Assembly: GCA_965219095.1 (NCBI GenBank) | Contig: CBDCMT010000001.1 | Coordinates: 768,001-832,000 of the forward strand | DNA length: 64,000 nt | Origin: Bdellovibrionales bacterium | Lineage (GTDB): Bacteria > Bdellovibrionota > Bdellovibrionia > Bdellovibrionales > UBA1609 | Reading direction: 5' to 3' | Shown: positions 54,748-64,000 of the stretch, piece by piece | Layout of the letters: each line of letters starts with the position of its first letter | Position numbering within the stretch: the first letter of the stretch is position 1 | Position numbers and translations under genes: made by a program | The notes under the pieces: model-generated | Databases searched by the model: none | What the model saw: the letters and a program-made list of their open reading frames with translations, nothing else | What the model was told of the DNA's origin: nothing

Positions 54748-56149
54748 CGGAAAGGAAAAAAATATGAAACTCATTATTACATTTTATTTTTTAATTTTTA
54801 TTCAAAGTTCTTTAACAACTAAAGCTTTTTCAGAAGATCCTTACCGTGAGGGAGTAGAGGCTGTTGTTTTGAACCAAGTGGATATAAATGAACTAAAAGC
54901 TTATGCTGAAAACACCAAATCTATTTTAGAAAGGGCTCTTTATGAAGCAAAAGAGAAGCCTTCTAATGAAGCTCTCCTAATTTATGAGAAAGCAATTCAT
55001 GAGGCTGTTTTTCAGTCTTTTGTAAAAAAGAAGCACTTTGAACTTCTTATGCGCTTTATCCTTAACCAAGCTCGTGATTTGGTCTCAGGAACTCCAGGAA
55101 AATCAGGAGAAGAATCAAGTTCGAGAAAAGAAGGTGTTTTAAAAAGGACTTCTAAAAAGGATTTATCTCTTGTTATTTATGAAGAATCCTTTCGACTAGC
55201 TCTTAACTTTTATTCTGATGATAAGGAAACTCTTTCTAGCATGGAAGAAACTCTTTTTTCAAACTCAGACTCAGACTCAGTTATAACTCTTATTCCCTAC
55301 AATAAGATGGCCTTTGAAAGGTTGCGTATTTCTCAACAGTGGGTTGGTGGTGTTTTTGAAGAAGACCTTAAATTTGAATTTTTAATGAGAATTTTAGAAC
55401 ACTGGCTTTTAACTGTGTCTCAAAAAACAAATTTGCAAAAAACAAAGATGGGTGCTTTGATTCTTTATGTTCAAGATGTTCTGGGGCGTGTGAAACTTCA
55501 ATCTTCAACAGGTGCTAAAGTTCGGTTACTAAAAGGTGCAGTAAGGTGGGTTTTAAAACAATCCTTTTTTCAGGATTTTGTTACACCTAACAACAACTAT
55601 TATTATACAAAACCACAGCTTGGTTGTTGGAAAGAGTGGTTTATAGAAGTGATTGGTTATTCTAATGGAAGATTAAGATTGCAATGCTATAAAAAAAGTT
55701 ACCTGAAAACACAGGATTCTTATCTTACAAAACCACAGCTTGGTTGTTGGAAAGAGTGGTTTATAGAAGGAGTGATTAGTTATTCTAATGGAAGATTAAG
55801 ATTGCAATGCTATAATAAAAAAAGTTACCTGAAAACACAGGATTCTTATTTTACAGACCCAAAATTTGGTTGTTGGAAGGGATTTGTAAAAAGGAGGACT
55901 ACTAATTATGGTTTGCAATGCTATAAAAAAAGTTACCTGAAAACAAAGGATTATTATTATACAGACCCAAAATTTGGTTGTTGGAAGGGATTTGTAAAAG
56001 GGAGGACTGGTACTTATGGTTTGAAATGCTATAAAAAAAGTTACCTGAAAACAAAGGGTTCTTATTTTACAGAACCAAAATTTGGTTGTTGGAAGAGATT
56101 TGTAAAAGGGAGGTATGGTATTTTTGGTTTGCCATGCTATAAAAAAAGT

Positions 56150-57657
56150 GGCTCCTCCCGGGAATCTGTGGGTGAAAAGTAGTAGAAATCCTCCAAAAAG
56201 GCTCATATTAATCAAAGTAAGAGTAAGACATCCTATCTTGTATTTTTGAGTTCTTTGAGGCCTTTACTGGCCTCTATCACCTCCGGTGATTGAACTCAAA
56301 AACATTCTTTTATTTGCTGTATTACATTAAAATTTTAAAAAAGAAGCACCTACTTCCCAGATGCCTTAAAATGTTATTCAAAAAAAAAAAAAGGAGGGAA
56401 GAGATGCTTTTGAAGACTATACTAAATGATTGTTTAAGATGGAAGTCTTTTGTATACGGAGACATTTATTTTTCAAAAGATAGAAAGTCAATTAATGTTC
56501 CTATTAAGGCTCGTAAAAATGGCCAAGCTTTTTGTAGTGTTTGTAAGAAGCCCTGTTCAGTGTATGACAGCAGTAAATCATCACGGGACTTTGAATCCCT
56601 TCCTATTTTAAGTTACAGGGTGTTTTTTGTTTATTTTGTAAGAAGAGTTAATTGTCCTTGCTGTGGGGTAAAAGTTGAGTATTTACCTTGGGCCGATGGT
56701 AAGAAGAGTTTAACGATCTTTTACATGAAGTATTTAGCAGACTGGTGTCGTCACCTGTCTTGGAAAGAGGTTTCTTGTAAGTTTCATGTCAGTTGGAATC
56801 AGGTCTATGCTTCGGTAGAATGGGTCGTAGAATATGGTTTAAAACAAAGGGTTTTAAAGGGAATACAAGCTATAGGTGTAGATGAAATACAATGGAAAAA
56901 GAACCATCAGTATCTCACCTTAGTCTATGAAATAAGCAAAACCCGTGTACGCTTGTTGTGGATAGGAGAGAAAAGAACAGAAAAGAGTTTTAGAAAATTC
57001 TTTGATTTACTAGGAGAGAAGTCAAAAGATATACGGTTTGTGTGTTCTGATATGTGGAAGCCTTATTTAAAAGTCATAAAGGAGAGGGCAAGTGGAGCTT
57101 TACACATATTAGATCGGTTTCATATCGTAGCAAGACTCAATAAGGCTTTAGATGAAGTGAGAGCTTCAGAACACAAAAAAATGAAAGAAGACGGGTATGA
57201 ACCCCTTTTAACAAAAGCTAGATGGCCCTTGTTAAAAAATGCAGAAAATTTAAAATCTTATGAAAAAGTAAAATTAAGGCATTTAATACAGTACAATTTA
57301 AAAAGTATCCGCTGTTATTTTTTAAAAGAAGACTTCCGACAGTTATGGACCTATGTTCCACCAACTTGGGCTGGTAAATTTATAGACAGTTGGACGAGAC
57401 GAGTCATGCTTTCAAAAATTGAACCTATGAAAAGAAAAGCAAAAACCATACGAAGACATAAGCTACTTATTCTTAATTACTTCAAGGCTAAAAAAACCTT
57501 CTCCTCAGGGATTGTAGAGGGTTTAAACAACAAAGTAAAACTCACTATGAGAAAATCTTACGGCTTTAGAACCTCTAAAGCTATAAAAATCGCCTTATAT
57601 CATAACCTTGGAAAACTGCCAGAACCTCCGGGAACCCACAGATTCTTTTGAGGAGGC
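56150..57657 (+). mobile_element. ISL3-family IS, copy 4
   Basis: Full ends; 8-bp target duplication AAAAAAGT. Confidence 0.95.
56404..57651 (+). CDS. ISL3-family transposase
   Basis: ATG after AGGAGG, as in the other copies. Confidence 0.95.
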   Translation: MLLKTILNDCLRWKSFVYGDIYFSKDRKSINVPIKARKNGQAFCSVCKKPCSVYDSSKSSRDFESLPILSYRVFFVYFVRRVNCPCCGVKVEYLPWADGKKSLTIFYMKYLADWCRHLSWKEVSCKFHVSWNQVYASVEWVVEYGLKQRVLKGIQAIGVDEIQWKKNHQYLTLVYEISKTRVRLLWIGEKRTEKSFRKFFDLLGEKSKDIRFVCSDMWKPYLKVIKERASGALHILDRFHIVARLNKALDEVRASEHKKMKEDGYEPLLTKARWPLLKNAENLKSYEKVKLRHLIQYNLKSIRCYFLKEDFRQLWTYVPPTWAGKFIDSWTRRVMLSKIEPMKRKAKTIRRHKLLILNYFKAKKTFSSGIVEGLNNKVKLTMRKSYGFRTSKAIKIALYHNLGKLPEPPGTHRFF

Positions 57658-57862
57658 AAAAAAGTTACCTGAAAACACAGGATTCTTATTTTACAGACCC
57701 AAAATTTGGTTGTTGGAAGGGATTTGTAGGAAGTATGAGTTATTATTTTGGACAACTTTTATGCGAGAAAAAAGATAGAAGGAGAAAAAAATGACATAGA
57801 GATAATAGGGAAAGAAAAAAATATAAACAAACAGAACAAAGAAGGACCTTTTAGGGTTGTAA

Positions 57863-59540
57863 TACCAATTACAGAAATTAATTCGACATTTTTATGTTCA
57901 AATTTAAAATTTTAAAATTGACTTAAGGAAAAGTTTCAGTTAGGAGGTTTTAAAAAAACTTCTTTTAAGGTGAGTTTAAGTTTTCATAAGATATGTTTAT
58001 TTCATGTATATCTATTGTTGTGTGAATCGATTGATGGGTTAAAATAAGTGTAAAAAAGTGAGGTTAAAATTTAAAATGAAAAAAATCAGTTACACAATTT
58101 AATTTATAGGTTCAAATTAATTTACAAGCTTGATTCATCGTAAGTCGGTTTTTTAACAGCCCTTGACTCCTATAAGAAGATGTTTCTTAGATTTTAAAGG
58201 AGAAGTTTTTATTGATCTTGTTGTAAAACAAGCTTGAACAAGCCTGTAAGACGTTTTCCTAAGATCTTCCCCGTTACAAAAGTATTAGAGATAGAATAAT
58301 TCTTAGTTTTTTTTTCGTATTGTGATTTTCTTTGTGCTTTATTTTTTAAGAACCCCCCTCCTTATAGGAGTCAAGGGCTGTCAGACAACCGAGTTACGAT
58401 TCATCTTGTTGTTTTGTCCAAGATCGAGTGCATAATTTTTTAATCCTGCCCTCCTGATCGCAAAAAGTATTCCAGGCCTCACAACAAGTATTCAGTATAT
58501 GGTCATAGTTTTTAAAACATGCATTCGATAATTTGATCCTTCGTAATTGTTGCCAGACTTGTTCCATGGGATTTAATTCTGGACTATAAGGAGGTAAAGG
58601 CATCAGGGATAAATTCTTAGGAACTATCAAAGTCTCTGTGGTATGCCAACTGGCTCTGTCCATTAAAACAATTCCATGATAGTTTTCTTGAATATTTTTA
58701 GATATCTCATCTAAGTGAATTTGCATCATCCCTGAATTACATTCCGGTAAGATCCAAGCACAGCCTTTATCTCTATCCGGACAAACTGCTCCAAAAATAT
58801 AAGTGGATAAAAATTGTCTTTGCCTCACAACTCTAGGCCGTGTGCCTTTTCTTGCCCAAATCCTGCTCAAAGAACCTTGCTGAGCTTATTCTGCATTCAT
58901 CCTGCCACCAAATCTCTATTTTATGAGTCTGAATCTTTTCTTTTATTTTCTCCACCTCTTCTGGAAAATGTTCCTTAAACTGTTCCATAGCTTCTTAATG
59001 AACTTTTAGGATGAAGAGAACGACCACTGATCCATACAATATTAAGACGGTCTAAAGAAACATAAACCCCAGAAAGAGAATAGCAACAGTCAAATTCATC
59101 TGCTAAAAGTTTCTGTATTTCCTTTGCTCCTATGCTTCCTCCCTCTCTTTTGTCTTGAATTTCATCTAACTTGATTTTGAAGTTCTCTTCTTCTGTCACT
59201 GGCAAACGAGGCTTGCGTCCTCTGCCTTCTCGATCTATCAATCCCTCGTAATCAAAGTCTACAAAAAAAGACTGTAACCAGGATTTGATACTGTGACGGT
59301 GATACAAAACCATACCTGCTGTTTCTTGAATCGATTTTCCTTCTTGCATATGCTGCAAAGCCAATAATTTTGTCTTGATGTTGGCACTTCTTTCTACTTT
59401 GTAAGTAGCTAGAAAATTATACCCTTGAATCTGTGTAACTAAATCTTTTTTCGACATGACTCTAAAAATTTAACAGAGTTTGATCAAAAAGCCAGGACGC
59501 AATGCGTTAAAAAATGTCGAATTAATTTTTGGAAATGGTA
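57863..59540 (-). mobile_element. IS630-family IS with frameshifted transposase and a nested MITE
   Basis: Same TIRs as 29870-31274; transposase split into 58975-59457 and 58394-58870. Confidence 0.9.
58140..58397. mobile_element. 258-bp non-autonomous MITE with GTAA ends and 8-bp target duplication
   Basis: GTAAGTCGGTT...AACCGAGTTAC flanked by GATTCATC on both sides; the empty site is visible in the sister IS630 at 30139-30146. Confidence 0.92.
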
Positions 59541-59679
59541 TTACGCATGGCTTCGAACCGCTAAAGTCAGGGGAAAAAATTTGTGTTTCAAAGCATTAAA
59601 ACACTTTTTTTGTTGCATTGGATTGGATAGTGCAGTTAGAGTTAGGAGGCAAAATAATAAACAAAAAGAGGAGGAAAAT

Positions 59680-60459
59680 ATGAAAATAATACTAAAAACT
59701 GTAATGGCAATCATCTTAGGGTCTTTTTTACTCGTAGGTTGTGGTGGCAATAAGGGTGCAAAACAGAATGAAAATCATCCGGCTTTAGCCAGACTTTTTG
59801 CAACACAGCTTAATAGGGTTTTAGATACCACCCATAAAGGTAGACGACATGATCTTGTACTCGTAAGGACATGGACTAAACAAACAGGCTACGCTGTTTA
59901 TCATGATAGAAACATCAATGAATATGTAGCTGTGTATCTTAACGATTTTACAGAGAACCATTCTGACATTGGTTCTTATTATAGGGAACAAGTTATAACT
60001 AATCTTGTAAAATCAGAAGAAAAAAGTGAAATTTATTTTTACACTTCTGAAGGCAACTGGATTGTTGACGATTACATCTATACAGATCCTAACACAGGAA
60101 GAGAGTACAGCGATCTAAAAGACACTTACAGCTACTATACAGGAATGGAGCTTGGCTTTATGGAAGAAAGTAAAGTTGAGAAATTCTCTGAAATCTTACG
60201 CACTCAGTTTAATGTGTCTGAAGACAAAGCCCCAGTAATGGCAGGGCTAGCTATTGAATTTGCAAACCTTGATCCAGATAGTCTGGACAGAGAGACGGCT
60301 AATTGGTATGCACAAGAAATGCTTGGAGTTTCATTTGATGAGGTGGAAGAAGCCACAGGTCCTGTTGAAATTCATAGGCTCTTTGTACAAGCAGCAACTC
60401 ACATGGATGTTCCCACTCAAAATGCTTACAACTTGATGGGTCTTTTCTTTCTTCGGTAA
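59680..60459 (+). CDS. Hypothetical lipoprotein
   Basis: GAGGAGG RBS; MKIILKTVMAIILGSFLLVGC lipobox. Confidence 0.8.
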   Translation: MKIILKTVMAIILGSFLLVGCGGNKGAKQNENHPALARLFATQLNRVLDTTHKGRRHDLVLVRTWTKQTGYAVYHDRNINEYVAVYLNDFTENHSDIGSYYREQVITNLVKSEEKSEIYFYTSEGNWIVDDYIYTDPNTGREYSDLKDTYSYYTGMELGFMEESKVEKFSEILRTQFNVSEDKAPVMAGLAIEFANLDPDSLDRETANWYAQEMLGVSFDEVEEATGPVEIHRLFVQAATHMDVPTQNAYNLMGLFFLR

Positions 60460-60516
60460 ATGTATTTTTACTTGTGATAGTTGCAACTACTCAGATCATA
60501 ATACTTACTACACTTC

Positions 60517-60558
60517 AAAAAACCCCCTTTTTATCTTGCTAGAAAAAGGAGGGTTTTT
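60517..60558. terminator. Hairpin, probable terminator
   Basis: AAAAAACCCCCTTTT...AAAAGGAGGGTTTTT. Confidence 0.45.
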
Positions 60559-60575
60559 GAAACACGGAAGCACTA

Positions 60576-60649
60576 TATAGTGCTTCCGTTTAGGTTTTCA
60601 TGTTTTTTCTCTAAAGAATCGACCGGAAAATCTAAGCGTATTCACTATA
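60576..60649. mobile_element. 74-bp TATAGTG-ended MITE, copy 2
   Basis: Identical to 12715-12788. Confidence 0.8.
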
Positions 60650-60689
60650 TAGCTCCAGTATGACTGTTCTTATAATACATCAAATCCCC

Positions 60690-61061
60690 TTCCTAGTGAC
60701 CAAACTCTTTTCTCAAAGCTATTTCAGGAGTTCTATGAGTGATGGACTTATACAGAGGGATTTTCTTCCTACCTGACAGTTTTCGTTTTCTGTGAAACTT
60801 CTTTTTTTTTCCTGCTTTGATGAAATAATTTTAACCACTCTGTGTTTCTCTCGTCAAAAAGATAAGCGTAAATGGATTCAGTAGAAATGGAAAAATTTTT
60901 GCCCTCTAACTTCATCCTTCCTACTATTTGTTCTGGAGACCAAGACATCTTTAAACCTTCTTTAACATATTTTTTTAAATTTGGATTTTTATCTATCTTT
61001 CTTTTCTTGGGCTTTTTCTTTCCTTTTTTTGAAAGATGATGAGTTGAAAGGAGATTCATAG
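60690..61061 (-). pseudogene. IS30-family transposase fragment
   Basis: YVKEGLKMSWSPEQIVGRM...ISTESIYAYL motif. Confidence 0.8.
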
Positions 61062-62290
61062 CTGAGATTTCTGTGATTGTTGAATCTCTCTTTAAGGTTG
61101 TGAACATTCTGATTGTTGTGTTTTTAGAAAAACAGGTTCGAAAAAATTCCAGCAACAGCGGTCTTCCTCCTTCGCAAGATTTTAGTCGTCAAGGGAATCG
61201 TAATAAGAAAGCTAGTGGGAGTCAGAAAAAGGGTTCTAGACTTGATAACAGTAAAGATACAAAACAGCGAGGAGACTGTCTTTCCCTCAGAGTGTTCTCA
61301 GTGTGGGATGTTTTTAAAGACAGCAGAGGTAAAAAGCCTTGAGAAGCGTAAAAAGATTGATATTTTTTATGAAATTCAGACCCATACTGTAACTTCTGAA
61401 GTTAAGGATTGTCCCTCATGTGGAGCTAGAAATAAAGGTCAATTCCCTAAAGGTATGAGTGGTCCTCTTCAGTATGGTATAGGCATTAGAGCTTCCATCA
61501 TCAATTTCATTATAGTTCAGATGCTGTCTTTTCAACGTGTTGGGGAACATTACATGGGGCTTATAGGTCGAATGATTTCTCCTGCAGTTATGTTGAGATA
61601 CATTGCTGAATTAGGAGAGTTTCTTAAAAGTTGGGAAGAGCAGATGAAAGAAAAGATACTTGAATCAGAGGTCATTCATGTTGATGAGACCTCTATGAGG
61701 GTTAAGGGTAAAAACTACTGGATTCATACTTATAGTTCAGGAGAATTAGTCTTGCAGTTTCTCCACCTTTCAGGTGGAAGGGAAGCCATAAAAGATATTG
61801 GTCTCTTGGATAGATATGGAGGAGTGCTTGTGCATGATTGTTGGAGTCCTTACTTTTGTTATGATAAGATAACTCATGCTTTGTGTGTGGCTCACCTTTT
61901 GAGAGAGCTTAAATTTATAGAAGAAAGCAATGGATTCAAATGGGCTACAAATCTCAAAAAACTTCTTAAAGAGACTGTGGAGCTAGTTCATAAAAAAGAG
62001 TCAAGAGTTCTGACTCAAAAAGAGTACGAAACTCTTCAGAGAAGGTATAGGAGTATTCTTACAAAAGGCTTAAAAGAGCTTCCAGAATTTCCTAAGAAAA
62101 ATGGCAAGAAAGGACGAATAAAGCATACACAAGCTCAAAACCTTTGGCTGCGATTTAAAAAGTATGAAGCAGAAATACTATGCTTTGCTAAAAGAAAGAA
62201 CGTAGATCCTACTAATAACAGAACTGAAAGAGATCTAAGAATGACTAAAGTGAAAAAGAAAGTGTCAGGGTGTTTCAGAACAGAAGAAAT
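61062..62290 (+). mobile_element. IS66 type A internal fragment (both ends lost, frameshifted)
   Basis: Matches ~33855-35080. Confidence 0.9.
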
Positions 62291-62328
62291 GGCTCCTCCC
62301 GGGAACCCACAGATTCTTTTGAGGAGGC
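62291..62328 (+). mobile_element. 38-bp ISL3 ends-only derivative
   Basis: GGCTCCTCCCGGGAA (left end) joined to CCCACAGATTCTTTTGAGGAGGC (right end) at the shared CCGGGAA. Confidence 0.88.
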
Positions 62329-62450
62329 AAAAAATATTGACCTATGAATTTTCAAAGTCTTATACAGACATTTAAAAAATACCAGTCATAAGATTTTAAA
62401 CGCTTTGGGAAGATGTTAGGAAATAAAATGAGAAAAAGAAGAAAAGTTTC

Positions 62451-62488
62451 CTCAGTAGAAGTCAAGGGCTGTTAAGAAACCGACTTAC
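62451..62488. mobile_element. Solo GTAA-MITE end, followed by a ~33-bp IS630 fragment
   Basis: Identical to 26046-26083; the next bases match 29713-29745. Confidence 0.75.
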
Positions 62489-62688
62489 GATTCAAGAGTA
62501 TGATTTTCTGGCTACTTACAATTGGATCTTATTTTTGAGTCCACTTTTTCAGCACAGTCCACAGTATAATATTTTTTCATAAAGAAAGTGGCTCATTTTA
62601 AAACACTTTAAAAAATTGTAATAAAAAACACTTTTTCGCTATTAAGTTTTAAGATTTATTTACCGATCTTATAACTAGGAGGTGAAAT

Positions 62689-63804
<1,116 letters not shown>

Positions 63805-63912
63805 ATTAAATTGTGTAACTGAAGATAATACACTGCAATTAGGGATACACTGATCACAGTTTAAAAATTCCTACATAAATTTTTTCAAGAGAGGTTATGA
63901 ATTAAAAAAAAT

Positions 63913-64000
63913 GCCTCCTCAAAAGAATCTGTGGGTTCCCGGAGGTTCTGGCAGTTTTCCAAGGTTATGATATAAGGCGATTTTTATAGCTTTAGAGGTT
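63913..64000 (-). mobile_element. ISL3 right end and transposase 3' end, running off the window
   Basis: Identical to 8519-8606. Confidence 0.92.

Larger units (their letters stand above)
55595..57764 (+). repeat. In-frame tandem array, 6 units, split by ISL3
   Basis: Same constant block as 51910-52365 with different variable segments. Confidence 0.9.
54764..57794 (+). pseudogene. Secreted protein B: same core as A plus 6 Cys-loop units, interrupted by ISL3 between units 5 and 6
   Basis: Removing ISL3 and one target copy restores ...CYKKSYLKTQDSYFTDPKFGCWKGFVGSMSYYFGQLLCEKKDRRRKK* (TGA at 57792-57794). Confidence 0.88.

Noticed and set aside
56290..56403. 38-aa N-terminal extension of the ISL3 copy 4 transposase
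   Set aside because: Open only because of this copy's poly-A length; the RBS-ATG at 56404 is shared by all copies.
51910..57764. Repeat-spacer pattern resembling a CRISPR array
   Set aside because: Constant blocks are ~84 bp, all units keep the reading frame within a signal-peptide ORF, spacers are related to one another, and no cas genes are present.
50180..57846. Complete DGR cassette
   Set aside because: No reverse transcriptase, accessory gene or non-coding template repeat is visible in the window. Only the mutation pattern is reported.
59541..59580. GGTTCGAA motif (minus strand) suggesting a tRNA or riboswitch
   Set aside because: No cloverleaf stems or full riboswitch consensus could be assembled.

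Overview
AT-rich bacterial chromosome segment. Gene content points to Bdellovibrionota: a TIGR02147/DUF4423 gene, DUF1844-htrA, a YQNC-type lipoprotein and a SWIB/histone-H1-like protein. By my hand-summed boundaries, about 25 kb (~40%) is IS-derived: IS5, ISL3 x4, two IS66 types, IS3, IS481, IS630, IS1634, IS110, IS30, IS256-like ends and MITEs. Many elements are nested or collapsed to ends-only stubs. Between the IS clusters lie intact housekeeping genes (htrA, queE, guaD, tnaA, pntAB, fni, ahcY, map, bolA, LOG, fumC, EVE) and secreted proteins. The most interesting locus is the 50.2-57.8 kb operon. It has two secreted paralogs with an identical 817-bp core followed by arrays of Cys-bracketed repeats: constant frameworks with hypervariable loops, whose point differences are non-synonymous and mostly involve adenine. 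Other highlights are an inverted pair of constant-N/variable-C glycine-zipper genes, an (AG)17 phase-variation candidate in an Ig-domain lipoprotein, a hydrolase-M64 peptidase fusion split by one nonsense codon, and a candidate IS110 bridge-RNA region. No rRNA, tRNA, CRISPR array or reverse transcriptase was recognised. All family calls come from motif recognition by eye, not database searches.
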